A stretch of DNA of 64,000 bases from the human T2T-CHM13v2.0 reference genome, Homo sapiens, in the NCBI RefSeq assembly GCF_009914755.1, contig NC_060938.1; one strand, given 5' to 3'. Positions within the stretch are counted from its first letter, which is position 1; the number at the start of each line of letters is the position of its first letter. Made by a program: the position numbers and the translations under genes. Positions 25,335 to 44,322 of this stretch are shown piece after piece. The notes below the pieces were generated by a model. The model was not told where the DNA came from and ran no database searches. It was given only the letters and a program-made list of their open reading frames with translations.

Positions 25335-27400
25335 TTTTTTTTTTTCAAACAACTGTATTGAGATATATTTAACCTATCACAAAATCATCCATTTCAAGTA
25401 AACAACTCAATGATTATTAGTAACTGTACTGAGTGATGCCACTACCACCAAACCTCAGTTTTAGAATATTTTCATCTCCCAAGTAAGATCCTTCAAGCTC
25501 ATAATAGTTAATGCCTACTCTCTATCTGGCTCAAAACAACCACTAGTTTACTTTCTGTCTCTATAAATTTGCAATTTTTAGATATTTAATATAATATAAA
25601 TTATATAATATCAGATCTCTCAGTGGCTTTTTTTCACTTAGAATAGTGTATTAGAGGTTCATCCATGAGGTAGCATGTGTCAATACTTTATTTCTTTTTA
25701 TTGCTGAATACCACTTTTTGTCTATCCATAAGCAATTGATGGACATTTAGGTTGTTTTCAGGTTGGGGCTATAATGAATAATGCTGTTATGAGCATATGT
25801 GCCCAAGTATTTATGATGACATATATTTTCATTTATCTTCTGTGAAATTGATGGTTCATATGACAATTTTACTTTTAACTTTTTGAGAAAGTGACAAATT
25901 GTTTTCCAAAGTGACTGTATCATTTTACATTCCCAGCAGCAATTCATGAGAATTGTAACTTCCCTATATTCTTACCAGCATTTGTTATTGTCTATCTTAT
26001 TTTGAACAGTCATTGTAGAAAGTATGAAATGGTATCTTATTGTGGTTTTAATTTTCATTTTCCTAATAAATAATGATGTTGAAAATCTTTTTATGTGCTA
26101 ACTTACATGTTTTCTTTGGTGAAATATTTGTTCAATACATTTTTTAAAAATTATTTTTAATTGACAAATAATTTGTATGAGACTTTATCTATATATACAT
26201 TGTATATATAGATGTATATATAAATCTATATATATGTATGTATGTAAAGAGCCAATCAAGTTAATTAATATATGTACCACCTCACAGACTTATCCTTTTT
26301 TTGTGATGAGACATTAAAAATCTATTCTTTTAGCAATTTTAAAACATAGGATACAAAGCCAGGTGTGGTGGCTTGTAACTGTAATCAGCTACCTGGGAGG
26401 CTGAGGCAGGAGGATAGCTTAATGTCAGGAGCTTGAGGCCAGCCTGGACAAGGAGTCTCTAAATTTTCTTTTTTCTAATCAAGCAGTTGTAGTGTTGCAC
26501 ACCAATAGTCCCAGCTACCCAGGAGGCTGAAGTAGGAGAATTGCTTAGGGCCAGGAGATCCAGGATGCCTGGGCAACAGAGCAAGATCCCATCTCTCCCT
26601 CTCTCTCCCTCCTCTCTCTCTAGATACATATATCTAGGAATGTGTATATACCTTCAATACATTATTATTAAATGTGGTCACCATACATTGCAATAGATCA
26701 CTAAAAGTTGCTCCTCCAGTCTGAGATTTTGTACCCTTTGATCAATATCTTTCCTTTCTCCATCCCTCCAACTACCCCCAACCTCTGGTAACCACCTTTC
26801 TAACACTCTGTTTCTATGAGGTCAACTTTTTCAGATTCCACAGATAAGTGAGGTCATACAGTATTTTTCTGTGGCTGACTTATTTCACTTGGCATGTTGT
26901 TCTCCAGTTTCATTCATGTTGTCTCAATGGAAAGAATTTCCTCCTCTTTTAAAGGCTATGTAGTATTCTGTTGTGTATATATATACATATACACGCACAA
27001 ACATATGTAAATGTATGTATATATATATCACTTTTTATTGTTTTGGAACATACTTATATTTTTATATTTATTATTGTATAATACTTGTACATTTTTTGGG
27101 GTACATGTTACATTTTGATACGTGTATATAATGTGTAGTGATCAAATCAGGGTGATTGGGATATCCATCACCTCAAACATTTTTCTTTTCCTTGTTTTGG
27201 GAACATGACAATTCTCTTCTAGCTATTTGAAAATATATGATATTATTGTAAACTATAATTTTCCTGCTGTACTATAGAATGTTAGAGCTTATTCCTTTTG
27301 TCAAACTATATTTTTGTCCATTAACCAATTCCTCTTTATTCTCTCTTCCCTCTTCCCTTCCCAGCCTTTTTAAAATTATTTAATATTTATTTATTTTTAA
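25335..27400 (-). mobile_element. Stacked L1MB/L1MA 3' fragments
   Basis: ORF 25747..25947 CWECKMIQSLWKT is the ORF2 C-terminus. Typical 3'UTRs (gatggacatttaggttgttt, gattccacagataagtgaggtcatacagtattt, gtgatcaaatcagggtgattgggatatccatcacctc). Confidence 0.8.
26358..26597 (+). mobile_element. Old Alu-family insert made of two FLAM-like monomers
   Basis: Two ~110-bp units (gccaggtgtggtggc...cagcctggac and cacaccaatagtcccagctac...cctgggcaacagagcaagatcccatctc) joined by a T-rich linker. Confidence 0.75.
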
Positions 27401-27943
27401 AAAAATTATTCTTTAAGTTATATGGTACATGTGCACAACATGCAGGTTTGTTGCATATGTACACATGTGCCATCTTGGCTTGCGGCACCCATCAACTAGT
27501 CATTTACATTAGGTATTTCTCCTAATGCTATCCCTCCCCAAGACCCCCACCCCCTGACAGGCCCCAGTGTGTGATATTCCCCACCCTGTGTCCATGTGTT
27601 CTCATTGTTCAATTCCCACCTATGAGTGAGAACATGTGGTGTTTGGTTTTCTGTCCTTGTGATAGTTTGCTGAGAATGATGGTTTCCAGCTTCATCCATG
27701 TCCCTGCAAAGGACATGAACTCATCCTTTTTTATGGCTGCATAGTATTTCATGGTGTATATGTAACGTATTTTCTTAATCCTGTCTATCATTGATGGGCA
27801 TTTGGTTTGGTTCCAAGTCTTTGCTATTGTAAATAGTGCAGTAAACATGTGTGTGTATGTGTCTTTATAGTAGAATGATGCATAATCTTTTGGGTGTATA
27901 CCCAGTAATGGGGTTGCTGGGTCAAATGGTATTTCTAGTTCTC
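27400..27943 (-). mobile_element. L1PA 3' end, 5'-truncated
   Basis: ORF 27609..27848 MFTALFTIAKTWNQTKCPSMIDRIKK...GGN, followed by the canonical 3'UTR. Confidence 0.93.
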
Positions 27944-28185
27944 TCAGAGTAACTATTCAGGAGAGGAATTTCCTAGCAGTATTGTATGCATATATTTATT
28001 TTAATTAAATAATTCCAAATTTCTTTCCAAACTGGTTTGCCTCCTATCAACTGTATGAGAAGTCATGTATTTCCACTTTCTTGCCATCAATTTGCATCGT
28101 CTAACTCGCTACTTTTTGTCAAATTTATGGCTCACATTTAGATTTAGCTGTAATTATATTATAATAGAAGAAATCAGCTTTGTCT

Positions 28186-28935
<750 letters not shown>

Positions 28936-29269
28936 CTATATTTCCATTTAGATTTTCTATGGATGTGCTTGTATATTATGTACTGTTTTGTGTTTGTGTT
29001 TTGTGTTTGAGTCCTTTCAATCAATGCTATTTGCTAATTTTATCACATGGATGCATGTAATCATTTTCAAAACCCCACTAGGTGTGAGAAGGTGAATTTT
29101 ACAGTTGTAGGAATGTACATTCCTTTTCTTTGTCTTGAGTTTATAAGAGCAATAAATTAGTCTTTGCATATTCACCCAGGGATTCTTCTCCACAAACTCT
29201 TACATTGCATGCTGTTTCTAGATTTGGGGAAGAAGGTTATTTACAAATGTGGTGTCCAGAACCTACTGT

Positions 29270-29430
29270 TTGAGGTAGCATAGTGTTATGAAAAGGTGCG
29301 TAGACTACAAAAACAGACTGGATTTCAATTTCACTTCTTTTGCTTGCTAATTATGGAAACTTGGGTAAGTTAGGAACCATTCCCCTATACCCTAGTTCTC
29401 TTATACATAACATGGGATTAAGACTGAGAT
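29270..29430 (+). mobile_element. MIR fragment
   Basis: aggtagcatagtg...cagactggatttcaatttcac...ttgctaattatggaaacttgggtaagtta...ctagttctcttatacataacatggga. Confidence 0.6.
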
Positions 29431-30999
29431 GCTCAAAGACTGCAATTACAGTCTATTTGCTTAGTTTTTCATCAGATTCTTCATTTTTTATAAAAAGAAC
29501 AACATTTTGGGTGCAGACTGAAGAATTGCTTTTGACTACTCTTTCTTTGGTAGCCTGAAACACAGTTTCTATTTTTCTCTAGACATTTCAATCTATCTGA
29601 CCAATTATGCTTAATGTAAAATCTCTTGGAAGAATAACTCTGAGCAAATTGTTACACTTTGCAAATTAGATTGTAAGAGGTATTATACATTTTTAGTTCC
29701 TCCTGAAATTTGGAAGAATAACTTATACTTTTAGTGAAGTTAAAGACTTTGAATTTTGAATCTATGGTAGGCAATACATTTTAAACTATGAACAATTGTT
29801 TTGATATCCAGGTCATTTCTTGTTACTATCTGCCTTGCCACTTTCAGAAGAATTTAATTTCTAATGGTGACTTAATGGGTTGTGATGTCCACTGGAATTC
29901 TGAACTTGGCTGATGGGTTCCAGTGGAAGGAAATATCTCAAAGTAATGTTCAAATTTGCCTGTGAAAAAGGCTATTTTGGGTAATGGTGAGAGAGTTACC
30001 AGCTTGACCGCCTCTTTGGAAGCTATAAGATTTAAGTCTGCCTTTAGCTTGCTCTTAGAAGACTGGAAAGACTCCAGCCCATTTTAGTAAATTTTCCATC
30101 TTCCTAACTCTTGGTTTCTTGTTTAAAGCAAAGCAAAAAAACACAGTATTCACTAGGTGGTAGCTAAGTTCCTTGTAAACTTTACTTGTTTCAGTTTTGG
30201 CTAGAAGTTGTAACTTTCAACTGCAGTTTCACTTTCTTAGATTTTATACCAATTAAAGATTTACATCTACCTGTTAGAAATGTTGACAATACCTCCACCA
30301 AAATTAATAAATTTGTCCATAGCAAATAAGCCAAGTGCAAAGTAAAGTTTTCATCATTCCAAATATATTTATTTTTGTTAAAAAAGTCAAATGTCAAATA
30401 TTTACCATATTTAAAAAACATATTAAAATCAGGAATTATCCATGCTGGAGGACTGTCTCAGAACTTTTATGTCATATCTCCATATCATTTACTTTTCAGG
30501 AAAAAATATCAGAAGAAAATACTAAGTCCTAGACATGTCATAAGCTAAAATATGAAATAAGACATTAAAAGGTAATAGGAAAACATAGCATATGAGACAT
30601 TATATAGTAGGCCCAAGAAAATCAACTAAAATTTGAATTAGAGAGTTTAGTATAGTGGCTAGTTACAAATAAAGAAACATATATATATATATGCATATAC
30701 ATATATATGATTATCAACATTTGAGAAATAACAAAAAATACAATTGAAAAATTACTTCATCAAAATTAAAATAAAATAATTCATAAGTTTTGTAACTTTC
30801 AGTATATAATGAAAAAAGTTATAAAACATTACTGAAGTCACAAAAGAAGACCCAAATAAGTTAAAAATTAAACCACGTTCTAGGATAGGAAAGTCAAATG
30901 TGGTCAATACCAATATATATTTATCCCTGAAACAATGTTTTGGTTAATGCAGTTATAAAGATATAGTGTTCATATTATTTGGTAAAATCACACTAGTTA

Positions 31000-31441
<442 letters not shown>

Positions 31442-32193
31442 CTACTGAACTAATCTCAGAAGACATTGCGCCAAGTGAAAAAAGCCACCCTCAACAGGCT
31501 ATTTGCTGTATGATTCTACCTATATGACAATCTTGAAAAAGCAAACTCTAAGAGCACAGTCAGATGGCTACTGTCAAGGACAGGAAATGGGAAGGAGGAG
31601 GTGACTACTGTGGGGGACAGGAGCATTTTTGGGTTGATGAAACTGTTCTATCTCTGAGATTTGATAATTATATAACTATGGGCATTTGTCAACAATCCAG
31701 CCAATTACCCTGAATTGTTCATTATACATTCTTTGCTTGCATCAAAACATCTCCAGTACCTCATAAATATGTGCAACTATTATATATTCATAATAATTAA
31801 AAATAAATTTTAAAAAATTAAAATAATAAAAAATAAATTGCTATAAAAGCTCACAAAACCATACACTAAAGAGTCATTTTTTCTATATGTAAACTGTACT
31901 TGAAAAATGAAACAAAAAGCTTAATATTTGTACTATGAATTGATTGTAGGGTTCTCTGAAGTGTCAATCTTCCCTTCTCCCTTGTGAGTCCTGAACAAAT
32001 TCATAGGTAGAATTGTGAATAGGAAGAGACAAATATCAGTATTATTACTGGTAAAGTTGCACTGGACTTAAAACCCCAAGAGTCTTCCTACTACTTTCCC
32101 TTAATTTTAACCCTGGGATCCCCTTAAATAGAGAGTTTGCAGAACAAACATTTAGCTGGGCAGAGACAAGGATAATTCTAAAGTGCACATTCT

Positions 32194-32500
<307 letters not shown>

Positions 32501-33269
32501 TACACATTCCTCCAAGAGCAGAGGACCCTGACAGGAAGACAGTTTGAGGTGTTAACAAATTTGCCCATGGAAAACAGGTGCTACCCCTTAACTGGGGTTT
32601 AGAACTGTGTGCCTCGGCTCCTCTGAAACAGCAATACTGTAAAACGCCGAGAACCTCATGCTCAGTCTCGTTTCCAAATTTCAGTCATCTATAAATCACA
32701 TCACGTGCTTAGAAGGAGAGCAAGTGAATGGCAGGCAGAAGGAGGGCGGTGCCTCTACTGGCTGTCAGGGTGAGGGTTTCTGTATTATATGCTTGATAGT
32801 AGCTAGCATGTTGGGAGAGGGAAAAAATAACTCCTTCTAATAAAGACAGTTCACAAATTTCACATAACAAGGGGACAGGGTAGATTATTTTTCAAATAAT
32901 ACTGTTTTGAAAATTAGCTAAATTATTTGGGAAAAATATTGAGTAGTTAGTAGCTTTCTCTGGCATAAGAAATACATAATAGTAGTTGGTAGCTTTTTTC
33001 TTGACATAAGAAATACATAAATAACTTACAAATAATTTATATCACAAATTCGTGACAATTTGCTCAACAAATTGTCAGTCACATCAACCAATCAATAATA
33101 GCCTTTTAAAAACAAAACTCTAGATTATATTAAACCTATGGGTATTTTCATAGTATGTGTTCAGAAAAGAGCTATTTCTAGTTAGATATAATATAACCAG
33201 CTTAAAATATAACCAGCTGAAGTCTCCCCCGCCTCCCCCCACCCCGAGCCCCCAACACACCCACCCATG

Positions 33270-33801
33270 CCCACCTCCCCGCTCAGAGGCTGAAAACAAG
33301 TGCAGCAAGGAGTGGTAAAAGGAAAGCAATTTTATTCAAATGCAAGCAGGTGGGGGATGGCCAGGCTCATGCCTTTAACAGACCATTCCCCGTTTGGGGG
33401 CTAAGTAAAGGAGTTTAAGACGGAAAAGATATGGGAAATATGTGGGAATAGTGCAGGAACGTGCAGGTCTGCGTGTTTTGTTCTGAAGGTTATCTTGAGT
33501 GATGGTCTGTCCTGAGGCCTGATTTGCCTTTTCCTGACTTTGGCCTGGTAGTGGTGGGTTAACTGTAAGTAATTCCCCTCTCAAGGGAGGATTCTGCAGC
33601 CAGGTTTCCCTGCCTTGTTTGTTTCAAAATCGGCCCCTAGGATTTCTAAGCAAGTCCTTAATTAGATAAGAAACACTGTGTATGAATGTACCTGGTGGGA
33701 AAGGGAGACAAAGTCTTACAACACAAGGCTACATTCTGAGATTCAGAAAGAAAGAAAAAAAAAGTTTGAAAATGCATTTTGAGGCTGGGATCCTTGGTCA
33801 C
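33270..33801 (-). mobile_element. Probable solo LTR (family not identified)
   Basis: GC-richer island with a minus-strand AATAAA (ttttattc at about 33330) and a right end ...ggtcaca (TG start on the minus strand). Left boundary uncertain. Confidence 0.4.
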
Positions 33802-35118
33802 AATAATTCAACTTGTACACAAAATGTTTTCTCCATAAAATTGGTTGCTCAGTATGAAACAACTAAGGCTGATGTGACTGTGCCCTTTATGTAACAAATG
33901 ATCTAAAAAATAACATGTTAGAGACCTAGTACTCAATGTTTTATCTTCTGTCTCTGGAATGGCTTTTCTGGATACTAGGTATAATATATCCAATAAAAGG
34001 CATAAAGTTCTTTTTGGATTTATGCTGAAGTTGAAAGACAGTAGACATCTTCTCCCACACCCAGTTGCCTTAAATTTGCTTTAGCCTTCAAGTCAGTTAC
34101 AGGCCTAGTTGCCTAGATTGCAAAGAGAAATATGAACAGAGCTAAGAAGGGGGAGATAAACTTGGAATAGAAGCAGTACAATGTACAAGTTGGGACAGGA
34201 ATGGTCTATGCTTACTTTTTTTCCTTCCTGTCTCTCTTTTAAATTTCAGCATGACACAGTTTTGAATTCCAAAGAGTGTCCTATATTTTCTATTATATGA
34301 TCAGACTACATTTGACCTACCTCTCTATCTCATCTCTCAACATCATAGCCCATGACCCAGCTCAATGAAATTATGTATAGGTTCTCCACTGTGTCATGCT
34401 TCTATGCATTCTCAACATACTATTTCTTTCTCGTGGAATGTCTTTCTTTTCCATCTAGCTGATGCTAACTATAAGTGGAAACCTTCCTGCCCTGCCCTGA
34501 TTGAGATGCCATTCCTGCACTCTCAAAGCACCCTGTCCATCATGTAACAGTGCTGTTCGTGCCATGGAACAACTGCCAATTTAGTTTGCTCGATCTATCC
34601 ATAGGCTATAAGTTCCTTGAAGGCCTGGCTATATCTTCTGGCATTCTGTAGGCTCACAAAATATGTGAAGAATGGTGAACACACTGTGTTTATGGAAAAC
34701 AACTTAGTATAATTTAATACACACTAATCAGGGATTACCCAGAACATGCAGTTTTCTAGCCTGTAAGGCACTTGGATAAATAACCGTGATGAGATGTCAT
34801 CTGTGTGCTTTCTCTAAACATAGATTACCAATAACAACAACAAAAAACCTAACAATAATAATGTGTTTTCTGAGGTTTAAGAGCATGCTAAAATAATAAT
34901 GAAAGATGCATATAAACAAGGTTGTATAGACGAAAAAACTAAATCACAGGGAACTTATTTATTTTCTTCAAATTTGCACCAGAGAAACTGATAAAGGTGG
35001 GATTTAAATGTATACAAGCCAAACTGTAGATATTATGTGTTTGACCATAAAAGATCACAAAAAGGTGTTTGCTTTTTAACAATTACATCTACTATTTCCT
35101 CATATGGAACTTGAACTG

Positions 35119-35216
35119 TTAGCTGGTACACAAGTTATAGTGGTTTTTGCCATTACTTTAATTTTGTCATTTACTTTAATGGCAAAAACCGCAATGACTT
35201 TTGCACGAACCTGATA
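35119..35216. mobile_element. MADE1 (Hsmar1-derived MITE) with internal duplication
   Basis: Palindromic ttagctggtacacaagttatagtggtttttgccattac...taatggcaaaaaccgcaatgacttttgcacgaacctga matches MADE1/Hsmar1 TIRs. Confidence 0.9.
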
Positions 35217-35298
35217 CATTAAAAACGAGTTTCTTAAATGTTCAAACAAACAAGAGACTGTCTCTTCAAAAGTCTCATCTAAAAAGTATGCTTTAAAT

Positions 35299-36213
35299 TT
35301 ATATGCAGAGTCTTTTTTTAATGGCTGCTTTTACCTCTTGATTTCTTAATGTATAAATAATAGGATTTAAGAGAGGTGTGAAAATTGTGTAAAACACAGA
35401 AAGAATTTTATCTACCGAGTATCTGCTGAAGGGCCAGACGTAGATAAAGACACACGGAGCAAAGAACAGAGTCACAACTGTGATGTGAGCTGAGAGAGTG
35501 GAGAAAGCCTTAGAGGATCGACTAGCAGCACGGTACCTAACTGAGAATATTATGACTCCATAGGAGACAAGCAAGAGGAGGAAGCAGACCAGTGACAGGA
35601 GCCCACTGTCAGCAATGACCAGGAGCTGTAGGATGTAGGTGTCCTTGCAGGCAAGTTTAATCACAAGGGGAAGGTCACAGAAAAAGCTGTCTATAACATT
35701 GGGACCACAGAAGGGCAAAGTCAACATGAAAGCCATTTGACTAGATGAGTGCACAAATCCAACTGCATAGGAGGATAACAGTAGCCCAGTGAGCACCCGT
35801 GGGCTCATGATGGTCATGTAATGGAGGGGTTTGCATATGGCAACATACCTGTCTATTGCCATGGCTACAAGCAACATCATCTCACTCCCACCCAGGAGGT
35901 GCATAAAGAACATCTGGGAATAACATCCCCACCATGAGATGGTCTTACGTTCTCGGAGGAAATCTACAATCATCTTAGGGGTAGCAAAAGAAGCCAGGAT
36001 CATATCAATGCAGGAGAGGTTGCTAAGCAGAAAATACATTGGTGTGTGAAGGAGCGAATCAAAGGTCACAGTCACCAAGATGAGCAGGTTTCCTAACACA
36101 ATCCCCACGAAGACCACAGAGAATCCCAAGAAGAATAAAATCTGAAGATTTTGAGATTTGGAAAGTCCCAACAAAATAAATTCCGATACCACTGAATGGT
36201 TTGCTCTTTCCAT
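35299..36213 (-). CDS. OR4K13: Olfactory receptor 4K13 (304 aa, intact)
   Basis: MERANHSVVSEFILLG...LHTPMYFLL...MAIDRYVAICKPLHY...KAFSTLSAH...PLLNPIIYTLRNQEVKAAIKKRLCI; sequence recognised. Confidence 0.96.
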   Translation of the reverse strand: MERANHSVVSEFILLGLSKSQNLQILFFLGFSVVFVGIVLGNLLILVTVTFDSLLHTPMYFLLSNLSCIDMILASFATPKMIVDFLRERKTISWWGCYSQMFFMHLLGGSEMMLLVAMAIDRYVAICKPLHYMTIMSPRVLTGLLLSSYAVGFVHSSSQMAFMLTLPFCGPNVIDSFFCDLPLVIKLACKDTYILQLLVIADSGLLSLVCFLLLLVSYGVIIFSVRYRAASRSSKAFSTLSAHITVVTLFFAPCVFIYVWPFSRYSVDKILSVFYTIFTPLLNPIIYTLRNQEVKAAIKKRLCI

Positions 36214-36436
36214 ATCGTCAACTTTATCCCATAATGATCAAAATAAGTGAGAATAAGGGGTAGGGAAATGATGCATATTGGAAAGAAATGTTCATGTTGA
36301 TGTCCACATTTGGTACTCAGTCAAGGCACTTGAACTTACAAGGACCCTTACTTTTGTGGAATTTTGTCAGTCAGTGATTTTACTAATGGCCCAGAGAAGT
36401 ATCCCAAATAGTCAGTAGAATTCAGAATATAAGTTT

Positions 36437-36807
36437 CTGGAAGACAAAAATAAAAACATTAATAGTACATGAAACCACAAAACTATAGGTCATGAATTAG
36501 AATCAGAAGACCTCTACAGGACACCTGGGTAAGCTGCTCACTGGGTGACACAGGACAAGTAACTCTCCTTTTGAGGGTTTTCTTCTCAGTGAAAAAAAGA
36601 ATTTGGACTATATGGTATCGAATGCCTCTTTCTGCTATAAAGATCTCTATGAATAAGATAATGATTCTGGTGAGTTTTATAGTCACAGAATAATATTGAG
36701 TTTTATTAATGTGGAAAGGATATCAAAAATACATCCAGGATTCTCAAGAACCATGTTTTGAAATGGACTCTGGTAAAGAAATATGAATTAGGTCCTGAGA
36801 AACTTAC
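36437..36807 (-). other. Candidate 5'UTR intron of OR4K13
   Basis: Minus-strand donor AAG|GTAAGT (plus strand acttacctt, 36802-36810) and acceptor ttaatgtttttatttttgtcttccAG (plus strand ct at 36437-36438). Confidence 0.55.
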
Positions 36808-38577
36808 CTTATTTCCTCCATGCTCCATTCTTGCATGAATCCCTCACAGATCAGTATTAGCAGTAGTCACTACACACTTTTGAAGTGTCAAGTATATGTA
36901 TAGTATATATATATTAAACATGTATATTACATACATTTCATATATTTATATATATTTATATAATTCGTTCATTCAACATTTCATATTATTCACATCAAAT
37001 ACCTCCTCTAGATGGTTAGACAATGTGTACAAACAACCCACAGTCAAATGTAATTGACTAATTTCACTTTCAGCTTGCATTCATTTATTCATTTACCTGG
37101 TTATTGCTATGTAGTGGTTAGCTGGTTGGCCTGTGTATGGTTGTCATAGGTTTCAAAATGACTTAGCTTGATGTAACATTTATGTTGGTAAAAGAAATAC
37201 AGTTCTTTCAGTATAATCTAAATTTATGACAAAATTTGTCATCGGCTCATGCTTATTACAAACTGGTTCTATTGGTTCAGCTTTTAAAAAAATTGCCTCC
37301 GTTGCTAATAGTTTTAAATTAATCTAGGTCTTACAAAACACCTTCAGTAAATAAAGTATTTGTAGTCATCTTTTTGTGCTGTTATTACTTACAAGACAGG
37401 GGAAAAAAACTTTCGTGATGGCGTCGTACGTGAATCCCAGGAATGGCCTTTTATCTCCTTTTCCTGTATCCCCATCAGTTACCTGCAATTTACTCTTCCA
37501 ATCATCAGAAACAGAAAAAATAGAGACCATAGTGCTATATGTTTCTATGAGATAATCCCATAGGAACACTTATCCAACTAGGGATGTATTTTTTTCCCTA
37601 TGTAAACATATCTGTTGGCCAATTTCCCACTCTGAGAAACTTTGATGCAAAATATTAAATTTCATCAAATATGTAATTAGAGCCATTCATTTATATGTCT
37701 ATAAAGGTAATAGCTCTCTTCAGTTTTATGACTAATATTTAAGAATTCCTACTAATGCTTCTTTTTGAAACCCAATTTTTGAAGCTGCATTTAAACAGAA
37801 GAGAACAATTTTCAAATACATACAAAGAAGTTTATAAATCCTCCACATCTGGAATAGTGCATATCAAAAACACTAAGTGAATATCTGTTGAATGAATAAA
37901 CTATGTAGTGCATATTCAGGATCTAGATTAAGTCAGCTGACTTAATCCACAGAAAAATCCACAACATTAGGAATTTTAACAATATTTATTTTTAAATGTC
38001 AAATTGAATGTTGAAGTATTTTAAAATCAGAAATAGAACAGCCATTCTTAAAAAGCTGGTTAAAATATGTTTTTTTCTTTTAATTATCTTTTAAAAAAAA
38101 AGGTAGTTTATGCCAATGTGAAAAAAGCACATCACAGATAACAGAAAGACTGACTGAACATTTTAAGAGCTTCTTAGATAACTTTCCAGAAAAATAATAC
38201 ACACTTCAGTACAGTGTGTGTGTGTTAGTGTTACAGGTATTTATATTTATATCATTTTATTAAGACTGCAGATTATATATTATATGTATAGCTATTTTTC
38301 TTGAGTTTTTAACTTATTACATTTAAATATGTTTATATTAACATATAGAAACATAACTTTTTAATAGGTGTATAGAATTCCACTTTGTAGATGTTGCATA
38401 ATGTAATCTCCCCACAAATACAGTTTATTCTTAGAATGAATTTAACATTACCTATAAAAATTATTTTTCATCATATCACTCTCTTCTTTATAAACCTGTG
38501 ATAACTACCTTATCAATCCCTAACTTCTCCTGGATATTCATAATCAACTCCTCACCCACCCTAAAAATCCAATATTA

Positions 38578-43400
<4,823 letters not shown>

Positions 43401-43402
<2 letters not shown>

Positions 43403-43977
43403 TTCCTCAGGGATCTAGAACTAGAAATACCATTTGACCCAGCCATCTCATTACTGGGTATATACACAAAGGACTATAAATCATGCTGCTATAAAGCCAC
43501 ATGCACAGGTATGTTTATTGTGGCACTATTCAGAATAGCAAAGACTTTGAACCAACCCAAATGTCCAACAATGATAGACTGGATTAAGAAAATGTGGCAC
43601 ATATACACCATGGAATACTATGCAGCCATAAAAATGATGAGTTCATGTCCTTTGTAGGGACATGGATGAAATTGGAAATCATCACTCTCAGTAAACTATC
43701 ACAAGGACAAAAAACCAAACACCGCATGTTCTCACTCATAGGCGGTAATTGAACAATGAGAACATATGGACACAGGAAGGGGAACATCACACTCCGGGGA
43801 CTGTTGTGGGGTGGGGGAAGGGGGGAGGGATAGCATTAGGAGATATACCTAATGCTAAATGACGAGTTAGTGGGTGCAGCACACCAGCATGGCACATATG
43901 TACATATGTAACTAACCTGCACATTGTGCACGTGTACCCTAAAACTTAAAGTATAATAATAATAAAATTAAAAAAAA
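43401..43977 (+). mobile_element. L1PA 3' end (~575 bp) fused head-to-head to the minus-strand L1
   Basis: gattcctcagggatctagaactagaaatacc...gtaccctaaaacttaaagtataataataataaaattaaaaaaaa. Confidence 0.97.
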
Positions 43978-44022
43978 CATATTTAAATCTACTTTGTGTC
44001 TTTTCTATTAGTAAGGTCTCTT

Positions 44023-44322
44023 TGGCAGGGCACTGTGGCTGACACCTATAATCCCAACACTTTCAGAGGCCAAGCTGGGAGGCTGTCTTGAAGCCGGAAG
44101 TTCAAAACAAGCCCTGGAAACAAAATGAGACATCTTGTCTTGATATAAAAAAAAAAAATTAGCCAAAGTGGTGGCGTGCACCTTAGTCCCAGCTACTCTG
44201 GAGGCTGAGGTGGGAGGATTGCTTGAGCCGAGGATTCCAAGGCTGTGGTGAGCTATGATCACACCACTGTACTTCAGCCTGGGTGAGACAGCGAGACTCT
44301 GTCTCAAATAAATAAATAAAAA
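44023..44322 (+). mobile_element. AluJ-type
   Basis: Diverged dimer with gaggattgcttgagcc and ggctgtggtgagctatgatc (J-type features) and an (AAAT)n tail. Confidence 0.9.
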
